Source: Octopus vulgaris
Lineage: Eukaryota
DNA length: 64,000 bases
NCBI GenBank assembly: GCA_951406725.2
Contig: OX597830.1
Span: forward strand, 24,862,001-24,926,000
Direction of reading: 5' to 3'
Position 1 is the stretch's first letter. Each line of letters begins with the position of its first letter. The notes beneath the pieces are model-generated. The model worked only from the letters and a program-made list of their open reading frames with translations. It was not told the origin of the DNA and ran no database searches. This document shows positions 11,730 through 27,621 of the stretch, in pieces. The position numbers and the translations under genes are program-made.

Positions 11730-14700
11730 GTCCACTCTGCTGGGTAGGTGGTTGGTGTTAGGAAGGGTATCTAGCTGTAAAAACTGTGCCAAAACAGAAA
11801 CAGAAGTCTGGTGCAGTCTTCTGCTTGGCCAACTCCTATCAAACCACCCAACACATGCCAGCACAGAAGGTGGACATTAAATGATGATGATGATATGTAA
11901 ATGATGAAATGATTATGAATCATGTAGTTACTTAGTCCTTAATTAATTTAGTGTAATTTTGATACTTGTGAATTTAGTAAAATTACAGATTTATTATTTC
12001 TATCAGACAGTTTCCCTGACCCTTCCATACATTCTTTGTATAACGGTACTGCTATGCAAAAGGTTCCCTCACACCTGGTCTGGTCTATGTAGACAACAAA
12101 CTCTCATATAACTGAGTTTGAGTGATTATGTTTCCACATTGCACCTAGCTCCAAAATTATATCTGTTATACACTGATTTATTCACTGCACCTGAAAATTG
12201 CTATCTAATTTTTGACATAAGGAATAATGACAGGACCCCTAGCACTGAGTGAGCAAGGAATAATGATGCGACCCCTAACACTGAGTCTAGACAAATCATG
12301 CTCTATCTGGGGACTAACTCACCTTTGTTATTAAATTTCAAACCTATTTCTTTTAATATTCTGTAAAATTCTTCCCCCATTTAAACCTGACAATCATTCT
12401 TAAATCTACCTTCCACTCTTAAAGATACCCACCACACTTGTCCCTCTAATTCTTAATCATAAGATTCTGTACTGTAGATGGTCCTGCTCCAGCATGACCT
12501 CTGTCCACTTACTGAAACCAACAGAAAAATTAAAACTACTTTTAAAGTACCTCATCTCCAGTGACCAAGTTGTCTCCAAACATTACCTATCGTCCTCTCA
12601 ATGAATTATAACTTACTTCAATCGAAGACATTCACAATCAGTCAAGTGTGTTCAATCTTTAGCCTCCATTTTATTCTTTTATTCCTTTAACACTACACCT
12701 CTTGCCATTGCTGAAGATTATGCTAATGTTTACAGTAATAGACAACTATGACATATCTTCTTTCCTCGGTAGAGATGTCAGAGTTTCAAGATCACTCTTA
12801 ACCCTTTAGCATTCAGATTATTCTCTCAAACGTAATAATACTTATTCATTCCCATTGTTTTGAATTAATCATGCATTATCTTGTGGCTTTCAGATTTCAA
12901 TGATATGATTGTTCATTTTTAGAATGACATTGTTGGATAGGTGTAAGAGAATGGATATGGCTAGTTTGAACATAAAGATGGGTCGGATATTTTGGCCAGA
13001 TATGGCTGGATTAAATGCTAAAGGGTTAAGCTATGCGGCATTTATTGATTAAACATTATTCTACTGTGTATTGCAGTGACTTATATAACCTATATTCTAC
13101 TGACCTATGACACCTATATTCTATTGTGTTGCAGTGACCTATATTCTACTGTGTGTTGCAGTGACCTCTTCATGGTACCTATTGACTGTTGAACTAACTG
13201 GACCATAAGACAGATCCATGCTTTTGTGTTAAATACTTTATACACAACTATTTCCCTTTTGTTTTTGTATTTCCTAACATTTCAATCTCCTAACCCTCAT
13301 CAAATATCACTCACCCTCAGATTCATACAATTAATTGTTCAAGATTTAATTAGATTTCAGAATTCACATTTCTGATTCAGACTTTGTTTCTAACATATGT
13401 TTTCTCTGTGTTTTTCAGGATGGCTCTATGGTTCATTAAATGGCAATGTTGGATTCTTTCCTGAAGAATATGTCCGTCTCATGCCTCGACACGAAGTTCT
13501 TACAGCTTCAAGAGAAGTGGTAAAGATGCGTTCCTTTGTTTTAATTTATTTTTGCATGCACATTCTCTCTCTCTCACACACACACACAAGCTAATGAAAA
13601 AAAGCATGGCCACAGCTTTGAGCTGAAACTGATAAAACAATTTCTTTTACCTTCTATGACCTCAGGTAGTCATGGGTTGGACACTGCAGCAAAAAATTGT
13701 GTATCTTTCTATAACATATATAATCTAAAAATTGAAAATAATTGCACTAAAATATCTATAGCACTTATCACACCGAAATTACACAGACTCTTTCATCATT
13801 CTCACCATTGTAAATGCAGTAGACCAGTAAATGACCTGTTAAAAAGCTCTAATGAATGAGTTAATTTTTAATTACTTCCTCCAACATTTATTTTGTGTTT
13901 CTCTGATCACAACTTTGGCAAATACAGTGAAGTCTGTGTTTCTCTGAGGAAATCTAATGCGACTGAAACACGTGCTATTGAAACCAGGGAAACCAAAATA
14001 AGATTTCACTTTGGGGTTATTTTTAAAGCTAAAACCATGTTTACATCATCAAAATCTAGTAAATCTTATTGGTCAAATTTAATCCACTTTGCATTTAAGT
14101 TCTATTTCTTCATCGGATATGATGGTTTTTTTCAGTTAGACATTCTTGACTGATAAGCAAATTATGACCTTTTTTTTCGCTCTCAGTCTCTGTCTATTTT
14201 TGCATTCCTGGCTGTATGGCCATGAGGTTTGCTTCCCAACCATATGGTTCCAAGTTCTGTCCCACTGCATGGTACTTTGGGAAAGTATTCTTCTGTGATA
14301 GCCTTGCACCAACTAAAACTTCATAAGTGAACTTGGGAGACCGAAGCTGAAAGAAGCCTGTAGTGTGTGTGTATGTGCTTGCATGTGTCTCCTTGTGGCA
14401 TCATACGTTAGTTATAAATGAGCATCATCATCACAGAAATGGTGTTATTTGTTTCCAACCTTCCATAAAACATGTCCAGCCACGGGGAAAATATTACTTT
14501 GGAAACAAAAGATTGGTAATATGAAGGGCATCCAGCCATAACATATGTGCCTCGATGAATTCCATCTGACCCAGTGGTTCACAACCAGGGTCCATATGGC
14601 CTTCAGGGGTCCATATGAGATTTTGTTGTTAAAAATTCATGCCTGATAAATTGCAATACTTTAAAATACACAAAAGATTTTCACAATTTTTTATACAATT

Positions 14701-14979
14701 CCCAATAATAATTAATCATAAGAATGTAATAGGATTCTTTAAATATTGAATGGTTATGAATAGGAATAAAAGGGGTCCATAGTCAAAGAATGGTTGAGAA
14801 ACACTGATCTAACCCATACAAGCATGAAGAAGTAAGCATAAACATGGTTCTGGGTTCAGTCCCCCAGCATCTTGGGCAAGTGTCTTCTACTATAGCCTCG
14901 GGCTATAGTAGAAGTCTTGTGAGTGGATTTGGTATACAAAAACTGTAAGAAGCCCATTGTGTGTGTATATATATATGAG

Positions 14980-15014
<35 letters not shown>

Positions 15015-16457
15015 ATTTGTATATGTTTGTCTCCCCCCAACATCACTTGACAACTAATGCTGGTCCCTGTAACTTAGCAGTTCAGCATTAGCGACCGATA
15101 GAATAAGTACTAGGCTTACAAAGAATATGTCCTGGGGGTGATTTCGACTAAAGGCAGTGCTCCAGCATGGCTGCAGTCAGATGACTGAAACAAATAAAAG
15201 AATAAAAGCAATGATGATGATGTCTTGCTTTTTTTTAATTCCTTTCCTCTTCATTATTTCTTTAGTTTGTATTTTAATGATTCTTTCATTAAATATGCTA
15301 ATACTTACCACTAAATTTCACTTTAAAACATTTTATTATTTATTGTAAGGCTGAGTTCACACAAACATACACTCTATCCTCTCTCTCTCTGTACTGGGAG
15401 TACCATGGTACAATGTACAGCAAAGCTCTCTTATTCAGATAACTTTTATTTGTCAATTCCTCTGTTATGTACACACTTTTTCAGATCTATTCAGAATCCA
15501 TCAAGTATACAAATGCACCCAACAGGGCTTTTTCTGTGGTAAATTCTAGGAGTCCAACCTCTACAGTGGTATATTACAATTACTCTTCATTGTTGCACAT
15601 CTTAGCATCTCCTTAATTCTTCTGTATTTCAGCACAATTACTAAGATTATTTTTGCTTTGAAAGCTCAACATGTTGAAAGTTTTTAACTAACACTGCCAA
15701 ACTTCAAAAATATCAATCACTAATGCTTTTATTGCTCAAGATGTCTTTTTTTATTTGAAACCAGAGAAATCAAAATAAGGTTTCGCTTTGGGGTTATTTT
15801 TTAAAGCTAAAACCATATTTACATCATCAAAATCTCATGGATCTTATTGGTCAAATTTAATCTGCTCTGCAATTAAGTTGTAATTCTTTAAATTTTCATC
15901 AGATATGATGGTTCTTTCAGTCACAGATGGTCTTGACTGATAAGCAAATCACAATTTTTTCTCTCTCAATCTCTGTTTTTGCATTTTTGGTGTTTTCTTT
16001 CTGCTCATCAAACAACAAATGCAACATTTTGCCAATTTATGCCTTCTTTTTTGCAATTCTTCATTCTTGGTCTTCCTTTTTATCTACCAATCAAATACCC
16101 CCCACCTCTGCACAACTCATTGACCAGGTGATATAAAAGCAGCACATTATATAAACCAGTTTTGGTTTGTAACAGCAACTAACAGCAGTTTTATGTTTTT
16201 TTCATGCAGCTTTATATTTATTACCAAATGGGTTAAACAACACAGGAGCTATTTCTATTCTTTTATGTGTGGCTTTTAAAATATTTTTTGTTTCTTCATA
16301 CATATATATCTGTATATATACATACATATATATATATGTATGTATAGATGTGTATGTATATATCTGTATATATGTGAGTGTATATAAATATGTATATATA
16401 TGAATATGTGTGTGTGATGTGTGTGTATCTATCTATGTGTGTGTATCTATCTATCTA

Positions 16458-16511
<54 letters not shown>

Positions 16512-19500
16512 CATACACACACATTATTGGTTTGGTCTCCATGGCCATTCACTGACCTTCCAAGATTAAGGCAACTCTTAAACAGCTACAAGTTGATGGT
16601 TATTGGAAAAACATGGTAATAGAGAAGTTGGGTGATGTTCTGGGGTAGAAGGACTGGGAATAATGGTTGATATGGGACTCAGAGTTGGGTGAACTTTGTA
16701 GGGGTAATGAGAGAAAGAAAAGCAAATATATTGGGTGTAACTATACTCCAAGTCATTGTCTTACAATTTGACTACCCTACTAAATATTTTTATTACACCA
16801 CCAAACAATGAGGTATGTTCTATGTGGTCACCCAAACTGCTAAAAATAACACACAAATCTTCCTCTAGTAACATGTCATTTAAGAAAATGAAAGACATTT
16901 GTCCAGCTGCCACATAGAATGGAAATATGAGAGAAAGGGTTTAGTGAATTCAGTTGAGTCTAGTATTTTATTAAACCATGGAGTTTTTACACTTTAAAAG
17001 TTGGCAGGTTTGCATCATAGAAAAGAGGAGATGGCTTTAGTGAGATTAGTAGCAAAAGAATTAAGTAAAATGTGTTATATTTGTAAAACAGGCGGAATAT
17101 TGCAAAATCTGAAGCTGAAAGTGAAATCACATTGTTGATTAAATTATATGAAGTCATTTTTCATTTAGCAATGATCAATCTACTTAAAGTGCTTGTCTGA
17201 TGAAAAGAGGAGCAAGAACCAACTGACTTTTCTCTCACTTAACCACAGAGACACAAAAATAATAAAAAAGAGAGCTAAATTTTATCAGCCTCTACATTTT
17301 GCTATAATTGTTTTCAAAGAAAAATTGATTGCTTGAAAATATCATCATGAACAGTACACCAGTTTCAATAGAAAGATATGTTAAAAGGAAAGCAAAGCAG
17401 GTTTGATTGATTCACAATGTTCAGGTCTACTTCAGTAAATACTCACTGATGACAAAAAAAAAAAAAAATCGTTTTCTGAAATAGTCATGTTTCCATTAAC
17501 CTTTTTCTTGTCCCATGATATACAGAATATATTTCCTTGACATCTATTCATCATATAGGATACAAATTCCCAATCTATTTCAATCACCACTTTGCGAAAG
17601 GAAAGTTTTATATTTGTGTCTGAAAATTTACTTTAAGAAATTTTGCCAGATAGGAAGATCATTGTAAGATAAATTTGCTGTGTGGACAAATTATATTGGC
17701 CTTTTTTAAAATAGGAAAAATAAAGAGGTTTTATAAAAGCATTAAATAGGCAAGTCTTTATTCAACATCAAACATTTAAAAAAAATGTCATGTGATCACA
17801 AAATTTCTGATTGCAAAAGTTTCTGTAACACTTTGTATTACACAGAACATATGAAACAAGAAAACGTACATCTGAACACAAGCATGGATGTTTAGGACAA
17901 ACTTATGAAAATGTTTTGAAGAGGAAAAGGGTTAATTATAAACATTGGCTACAACTAATACCAGTTTGTTGTGGTCAATGTTTCCTCTCCGTTTTGGCTA
18001 TGGGTGTCTACAGAAATTTACTTGTATGCAAATTTTGTCTTTCTTTGAAAGTATGAATGCATCCATGTGAGTAACTGTAGGGTTGATAGGAGGGATGAAA
18101 GAATAGGGTCAGTGACATCATGCAAACAGCTGAGGGACCTTGCTGAAAAGAAAGGAGCAAGAAAGGTCATGTGAGCAGGGAGATGACTAGCTTGAACCTC
18201 TTTTACTTTGGGACTATTGCTCAGGAAAGGGCATGGTGGCTGCATGGGTTCAAGGAATTTGCCATTAGGTTCTGGTCAGAGGTTATGTGGGTAGGGGTCC
18301 CACAGATATATTCTGGCTGGAAAGGATTGACATTATGAGAGGAGTCATAAGGTAAGTGAACTATTCTTCCCCACCCCTTACACACACCACAAGTTACATC
18401 AGCCTTAGGGCATTTTTTCTTTTCCCTTCCTTCTCGACAATGTCAACAAAAATAAGGATCAGTAGCGATGCCATCAGACCCTTCTGTAGTGAAGGAGATG
18501 TTATCACTTCGATTCAGAAGATCAAGGTTTATAGTGGCCAGGCTGCAAGGCATTGAGGATGTGGAATGTCTCACAGTTCTGTATTTAGAGGGAAACACGT
18601 TAGCACTGTAACTGGCCAGATATTTGGCAGGTAGGGCTCCCACAGATATGTTATGAGAGGACCCACTCCCCAACTACCACAGTAACCATCACTCAAAGTT
18701 CTCCAATTAAAAAAATTCGATTTCATCTACTAATCTTTGTGTGTGCATATTTTTCACCCTTGTCCAGTTGTAAGACATGTGCACACCACACAAGTTCACT
18801 GCTAAGAAGAAACAGCATTAATACTCAAATTAGTTTTATGAGGTGTTTCTTATCATCTATTTCATTTGAAATTAAATTGTTGGAGAACTTTTCCTCATTG
18901 TTATTTTTGTGAAGAAAAAAAGAAAAGAAAAAAGAAAGAGAAAGATTCCCTATTAGTTTCTGAAACTGAACCTAAATCTATGATTTTGCAGCCACTATTT
19001 GTGAATGGCCATGCAGACACCAGAAGTGACAGCAGTTCAGTGAGTGCTGTAGCCGATGGGAATTCCCCAATGCTGGAATATGCAACTCATCATTTCCGAG
19101 AGAGTATAACCCGGTGAGTGTTGTTTCTTCTGCCGTTTGGTCAGCTTTCAGAAAGGATTTTTACAATCTTTTCTGTGTTTTGTTACATGGTATTACAGGG
19201 CATGTTAACTGTTGTCTTAAATTTTTAACTAAAATTATCTGTTAGACATATTTTTAACAGATAATTTTAGTTAAAAAGAATAAACTGTCAGATAGGAAAA
19301 AAAAAGATTAAATGTTATTTTTAGATATTCCCAAAGTACTTATGTTAAGTGAAACCTCAGGAAAAACACAACATGAAGTTAAAGAGAGAATTTCCAGCAA
19401 AAATTGCAGCTAAAAAATCATGTAATAGTTTTTGTCATTAGATATTGTATGTTTCAACATCATTGCCTTTAAATTAACCATAAATATGCCTTAGTTTATG

Positions 19501-22500
19501 TATTTAATTTGCATGTAGAATTTACTCAAACACCACATTTGGAGAAATTATACATACATGTATACACACATGCACACACATACAAGCTCATATTCTCACA
19601 CACACACACACACACACACTCTCATACACGCAGACTGTGTCAGATAGTTGGGAACAAACTGAACACAAAGAAAGAAAGACTAAACACTCCCTGAAAAACT
19701 GCCCATACATTTCTACTAGACCCATCCGAGAACAGTTGATTTCACAAAATCACTTTCAGGGTCACATCATGCAACCCTAAAAGTGATTGCATATCGAAAT
19801 CAAGTGATCTTCGTCACTGCTATCCACTACATCCATGACAACAGCCTTCAGTAAGTCTTTGGCACTTTTGAGCAGTTGGCTAATTCCCAACTCAGGAATT
19901 CAAAGGATTCAAGTCATGTGAGAATTACATGATGGCTTAGGGGAAATAACATGGCCACATAGTTTTCTTGAGTTTTGCCTAACACAAACTTCCCCTTTAC
20001 TCATTGGATAGGGCTTATACCTGATAGCCTTTTGCACCATGTCTGATTCTGAACTCTGCTACCTTGAGCAACATGGTGCTGGCCCTTGTCAACCCATAGA
20101 TGTTGCCATTTATGATGTTAGTGAACCTGCTGGACAAACTTGATCACCTTATTCAAATCTGATTGGCCAGATGCTTCCAGTTCTTTCCCACAACTATGAG
20201 GGGTTGCCAAAAAGTTCCTGGCTTTGAATAAAAGAAAATCCAGGAGAATCAGTGAATTATGATTTTATCCAACATATTCCCCTCTCAGACAGACACACTT
20301 ACTGCAGTGGTCCTTCAGTTTCTCTAAGCCCTGTAAAAGAACTCAGAAGGCAGAGCCTCCAACCAGGCCTTTTGCAATACTCTTGAAGCCAGGAACTTTT
20401 CAGCACTCCCTTGTATATATGCCACATTCAAGAAACTGATGATCTTCTAGTCACTGTGGTTGGGAGTTGGAAAAATAAGAACATCATGCCATTACACTGG
20501 CATCTTCTACCTGTTTCAGTCACTAGACTGTGGCCATGCTGGGGCACTGCCTTGAATTTTTAGTCGGATGAATCAACCCCAGTACTTATTTTCTTAAGAT
20601 CGGTACTTATTCTATCAGCCTCTTTTCGACAAACTGCCAAAGTAGAGGGATGTAAACACACCAACACCGGTTGTCAAATCGTGATGGGGTGGGGACAAAC
20701 ACAGACACACACACACACTGATATATATACACACATACATACACACACAATGGGCTTCTTTCAGTTTTGGTTTGCCAAATCAACTCACAAGGCTTTAGTT
20801 GGCCTGCCAATATAGTAGAAGACACTTGTCCAAGGTGTCATGCAGTGGGACTGAACCCAGGACCATGTGGGCTGTTGTTCTTGACACGTCTGAAAAAGAA
20901 ACAAGCAAGTTAAAATTTGAAGCACCAACCGATCGTGGCCATTGCCAGCCCCGCCTGGCACTGTGCCGCAGGCATGTAAAAAGCACCCACTACACTCACG
21001 GAGTGGTTGGCGTTTGGAAGGGCATCCAACTGTCGAAACACTGCCAGATCAGACCGGGCCTGGTGCAGCCTCCTGGCTTCCCAGACCCCAGTCGAACCGT
21101 CCAACCCATGCTAGCATGGAAAGCGGACGTTAAACGATGATGATGATGAACACAGCATGACATTAGGTTATCTTTCCTTTACAACAACCAAAAGGTTGCT
21201 CACAAACACCCTTGCAGTGTACCACACACACACAGACACACATAATGGTTGATAAAAAATAGATGAAGATGTAGATATATATATATATATATATGGCCCA
21301 GTGGTTAGGGTGCTGCACTCACAATCACAAGATGGTGGTTTCAATTCCTAGACTGTGTTGTGTTCTTGAGCAAAAACACTTCATTTCACATTGCTCTGTG
21401 ATCACCTTGACACCTCCTGATGTGCCATTCATGAAACCCCTGTTCAGGCAACATCGATTTGATTAGGAGTGAGATAATATACAGCACATACATTTGATCA
21501 CTATGAACAAATCATTTGTGCAGGTCATTCGGGGAAAAGCTGAAATACTGATACGTTATCTTCTATGAGAGAGGCATGGCTGTGTGGTAAGAAGCTAGCT
21601 TCCCAGCCACATGGGTCAGTCCCACTGCATGGAACCTTGGGCAAATGTCTTCTACTAAAGCCTTGGGTTGACTAAAATCTTGTGCGTGGATTTGGTAGTC
21701 GGAAACTGAAACAAGTCCGTCATATATATATACACACACATATATACACACATACATATACACACACACATATATATACACACATATATACACACACATA
21801 TATATATACACACATATATATATACACACACACGCACATATATACATATACACACACGCACATATATACATATACACACACACACATATATATATATATA
21901 CACACACACATATATGCACAGTAATTATTGTTTATTCTTAATTGTATTTTTGTCTAGCATGGAAATGCTGAAAACAGGAATGAGTAAGTTGGGTTTTTCC
22001 TTTCTCCCCACTCCACACACACTCTCTCTCTCTCTCTCTATTATTTCCTCCCAATGAGTTTTCAAATATTGAAGTTATTTTTAAGCTTAAATGTTTAGCT
22101 TTTACTTGCCAGCAGTTTACATGTGAAAGAGAAACTTTGTTTTGGATTATGGCTCCCAGGGTGGTTGCTAGATCTAAAGATATCCACCAGAATATTTATA
22201 CACTTGTTGCTGCTGCTGCTACTACTGCTACTATTACTGCTGCTACTACTGCAGCAATGTCTCCCTCCTCTCTCTTCCTCTCCTTGCAACTCATCCCCTG
22301 ATATTTTAATTCAGGCGGGCGGGCGAGCTGGCAGAATCGTTAGCACACCGGGCGAAATGCTTTGCGGTATTTCGTCTGCCGCTACGTTCTGAGTTCAAAT
22401 TCCGCCGAGGTCGACTTTGCCTTTCATCCTTCCGGGGTCGATTAAATAAGTACCAGTTACGCACAGGGGTTGATGTAATCGACTTAATCCCTTTGTCTGT

Positions 22501-25466
22501 CCTCTCTGTGTTTAGCCCCTTGTGGGTAGTAAAAAAATAGATATTTTAATTCAAAACTTTAAAAACGAAGAAATACTAATCAGATTGAAGTCATTGATAT
22601 ACATATATATATGTGAGTGTGTACGTGTGTGAAGCCATGTGGCCTGGTAGGTAGGGTGTTGCACTCATGATCACAAGATCATTGTTTCAATTCCCAGACT
22701 GGCAGTGCATTATGTTCTTGAGCAAAACATTCCATTTCCTGTTGCTTCAATCCACTCTGTTGTGAATGTGTGTGTGTGTGTGTAAGAAAATTTAATTATT
22801 TTGTTTTATATATTTTAACATTAAACACTTTGATAAGTCTTTTAAAAGACCAAATGTTTTGCATTGTTTTGTTGTTTTTTTTGTGTGTGTTTGTGTATTG
22901 GTGATTTAAACATTATAGAGTTAAAATGTGGAATCTTTGTTGACAGGTCGATCCGAATGGACAGAGAAAGATCAAGCTGAGATGGTGAAATGGACAAAGG
23001 TAACTTATTTCTATTTTGTAAAACAAAACACACACACACACAGATTCAGTTGTTAATGACCTGTAGGGACACCATATTTCATTATACAACCATAATATAC
23101 AAAGTATATTAAACACTTTATAATACTGTGTGCTACTGTGTTAGCAGTGCTACTAAATCACTTGTGAAGTTTTATTTGGCTATAATTTCTATAGAATATC
23201 TGTAGAGATAACCTTAACATTCAGTTATATCACATACTATAATAAAGCAGTAATATGAGACATTGTGATCACATGACCAACCAGACTATCAGATGTTGTT
23301 ACACATCCCTGATCACAATGCACTTTCCGTTGTTCTAGCTTTCAGATGATGCCACCCTGCTGGCCAGGTGAGCAGGCCAATATGATACATTGTTCTATGT
23401 ATAATGTCATCGACAAATACACCCCCAAATCACACAAAACCATCTTAACACATCTGGTAGCATAATCCTGGATGCATCCATCCTGTTTTGGAAAAAGATG
23501 AGGTAGTCATAGCTGGAACACCACCAGTTATAGGATGTTATTCAATGGATGCTGACCTAGTATTAAAAAATGCAACAACATACTAATACACACACACACA
23601 CACACACATCATCATCATTTAACATCCATTTTCCATGCTGGCATGAGTTAGATGGTTTGATAGGAATTGGCAAGCTAGAGGGTTGTACCATGTCCCAGTC
23701 ATTTATTTTGGCATGGTTTCTGTGGCTGGATACCCTTCCTATGCCAACCATTTTACATAGTGTACAGGGTGCTTTAACCCTTTCGATACCAACCTGGCTG
23801 AAACTGCCTCTGGCTCTATAGTACAAATGCCTTGTTTTCATAAGTTTTGAATTAAAATTTTCCACCAAACTTTAGTCACAATTTATGTTCTTAACACCAG
23901 CTTAATGATAACTAAGTTATTTTACTAAATTCTATGTTATATTCAAAATTAATTGAAAGAAACACAGAGCATCTCAAAATAAATACGGTAACAAAAGGGT
24001 TAACAGAATGCCAGCGTTGCTGTTCTTTGTCATGCCAGCACAGGTGCTTCACAATGCAACACCACATAGGTGCTTCCTAATATGGTAACAGCATGGGTGT
24101 TTTCTTTTATATGTGGCCTGGCACAGGCACTCTTTATGTGGCACTAGCATAAGTGCTATTTATGTGGCACCAACACAGGATTCTCTTTACATGATGCTGG
24201 CACCAGAGCTTTGTATGTGGTGCCTGCATAGGCACTTTTTATGTGGCACCAGTACCTGTGTGGTTACCAAGTGTCACATACATACATAGAAATTTACATA
24301 CATACACATATACACACAAATTAATTTATTAAAAACATACAAGGTTTATTAAAACCTTTGTGCAATTTTAAATTTATATATATTTAATTCCATACATGGC
24401 AGAATTAATCCATGAAGAGAAAAGATGAAAGAATTTATTACATTTTAATCTAGACTTACTCTTGAGAGCATTAATTTTCAATATGTTTACCATCATTTCG
24501 CATACAAACTGTGACGCAATTCTGAGATTCCATATATTTCTATTTTACAGCTCATGTTTATTTCTTGAATCATATTAGTTATGCTAGCCTACAAGTAATG
24601 TGTAGAATGAGTTTTAGTTGTTACAAACAGTAGTCTTTTTAATCCCCCATTAGTCTCCAGGGGTGCTGTTGCCAGTGCCGTGTGAAAAGCACTTGTGCCA
24701 GCATCACGTAAGAGCATTCATACTGGTGCCACATTAAGAGCATCCAGCACACACACCGTATAGGAAGGGCATCCAGTTGTAGAAGCCATATCAGAACAGA
24801 CAATTGGAACCTGGTACAGCTTTCTGGCTTGCCAGTTCTAGTCAAACTGTTCAACCCATGCCAGTGTGGAAAATGGACGCTAAAGGATGATGATGATGAT
24901 AAAAAGAAATCAAATGGATTTCAACTTGGTGGATATAGAAGCCACCTCTTCCAATTCATTTGCTCACTTTTGATTGAAAAATTCCCTAACAAAGTGACAA
25001 AGTGCACAATGTCATTGAAACTTTGTATGTCCCACCCTCTTCTAAATGATAAAGTTTAAAAAATTTGAAATTGCACAAAGGTTTCCTAATAATCTAATGG
25101 CTTTTTTCTTTTCTTTTCAGTCCCCAATCCATTCATCTCTTTTGATGTTAAGTAATGAGGACCTAAACCAACTGGCTTTAGAATCATTCAGTGGTGAGTA
25201 TATTTACATAACCTATTTGTTAACATATTATTGTGTCTGATATTGTCAAACATCTTGTTTCACAGCATATCACAGAGATGAAGATCATTACTGTTATTTA
25301 TAGACACAGGCGTGGCTGTGCGGTAAGAAGAAGCTTGCTTCCCAACCACATGATTCCAGGTTCAATCCCACTGCATGGCACCTTGAGCAAGTGTCTTCAA
25401 TCATAACCTCGGGTCAACCAAAGCTTTGTGGGTCAATTTGGTTGATGGTAACTGAGAAAAGCCAGT

Positions 25467-25517
<51 letters not shown>

Positions 25518-27588
25518 ACGTGTGTGTCCCAGTACTGCTTGACAACTGTTGTTGGTGTGTTTATGTCCCCTGTAACTTATCAGTTTGGCAAAAGAGACCA
25601 ATAGAATAAGTAGCAGACTTGATGAAAAAAGTGGTGGGATCAATTCATTCGACTAAACTTTCTTCGAAGCATGGCCACAGTCTAATGACTGAAACAGATA
25701 AAAGATAAAGGGTACCTATATCAAATGTTTACCTTAATTTCAATTCATCCACAGAGCAAGAAATTTATGTATGAGATTTATTATTTTGACAGAATAGGAA
25801 AATATTTGTGGGCGGGGAGACTGAAAACAGAATTAACACAATTCAAAGAAAATTCCTGATGTAGAAATTGCAGCAAGAACACTTGTACTACGACCCCCAC
25901 AGAGTTAACGATAGCAGGAATTTAATCTATAAAGAAGTTGTTATTAGTTTGTTTGGTTTTTTTTTAAATTTCAGTTGCAAAATGTTCTTGGAAAGTGTTA
26001 AATGAGCAGTTCTACTGGGAAAATGGTTTTAAAAATATCTAAATTTGCTGATCAAGTTTCATGTATTATTTTATCTTAACTGAAATATATTATTTCATGA
26101 ATTTCTGCAACTTCAGTACTCTGTATGATAATGTTGTGTCTTTTAATATAGTAACTGCTTCTGTTCAAAGAAGAGACATTGTTGAGGGCATTCTTCCAAT
26201 TACATGTAGCAATAACATATCACAATGCACCTTCACAAGTCATATTGCCTCATAGGTCGGGTTTCCTCATTTCTGTGGTGTATTTATTCCCCACAGGATG
26301 TGACACTGGTCCATTGCAGGATTATTTCATTTCCACTAGCTGAGTGGGCTGGAGCAACATGAAATGAAGTGTTTTGCTCAAGAACAGAATGCATCACCAG
26401 GTCCAGGAATTGAAAGCACAATTTTACAGTCTTGGGTCCAACACTCTAACCACCAAGCCACGTGCCTCCACGATGTATCATAATGGGTAAGGTGTGAAGG
26501 TATGTGGCTTAGTGGTTAGGGCATTCAGTTCACAATTGTAAGGTTGTGAGTTTGATTCCCTGTGATACATTGTGTCCTTGAGCAAGACACTTTGTTTCAC
26601 ACTGCTCCAGTCTACTCAGCTGTCAAAAATTAAATCGTACTTGTAATTCAAAAGGGCCAGCCTTGTCACACTCTGTGTCATGCTGAATCTCCCTGAGAAC
26701 TACACTAAGGGTGTGTGTATCTGTGGAGTGCTCAGCCACTTGCATGTTAATTTCATGAGGGGGCTGTTCAGTTAATTCTTGTTGTCATAACCACAGAGAT
26801 CCAGGCCAATTGGTAAGGGCAGTGGATTGGTGATTCATAGAATCAGTAGGGTATCAGGCATAAAGGCTTTGCAGTATGATTCTTTATGTTCTGAGTTCAA
26901 ATCCCACTGAAGCCAACTTTGCTTCTCATTCCTTTGGAAATCAATAAAATAAAGTACTGGAGAAATACTGGCATCTATTCGATCGATTACACTCTTCTCC
27001 AATATTTGTGACCTTGTAGCAACATTAAAAATCAATATTCCAATGGTAGTGTAGAATACATTATTACAACATATTTATAAATCTCCTAATATCCTCCTTC
27101 TATTAACACACCAAGTATCCTCTATCATCAACCTGGATTGTAAATATAATTTAGTAAATGGAAAGTGTGGCACCACATTAAAATCACTGGAGTTGGTGTC
27201 ATGTAAAAAGCACCCAGTACACTCTGTAATGAGGTTGGTATTAAGAAGTGCATCCGGCTATGGAAACCATGCCAAAACAGACAAGGGGACCTGGTGTGGC
27301 TCCTGTCAAACCATCCAACTCATACCAGCATGGAAAACAGACATTAAGTGATGATGATAAAAATGTATGGAAACCTATTGGAGAGACCTCTTCCCATATT
27401 TCGATGGCAAACTTAATCTGTTGCCTAGTTTAATTCTACCATCTGGCCCTTTGATCTCTTTAGCTGAGTAAAGCGACTAAGTCTCAAATCGAAGGATTAA
27501 TTCTTCCCTTCTTCCCATCAGCGTCAAGGGTCATGGGTACTGCTGTTCTTCCTCCCACTAAGCTATAAAAAACAATTAAGATTTATAA

Positions 27589-27621
<33 letters not shown>

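Noticed and set aside
22095-22392. Poly-Leu / poly-Ser ORFs resembling a signal peptide
   Set aside because: A (CTG/CTA)n trinucleotide tract running into a SINE; no splice or homology support.
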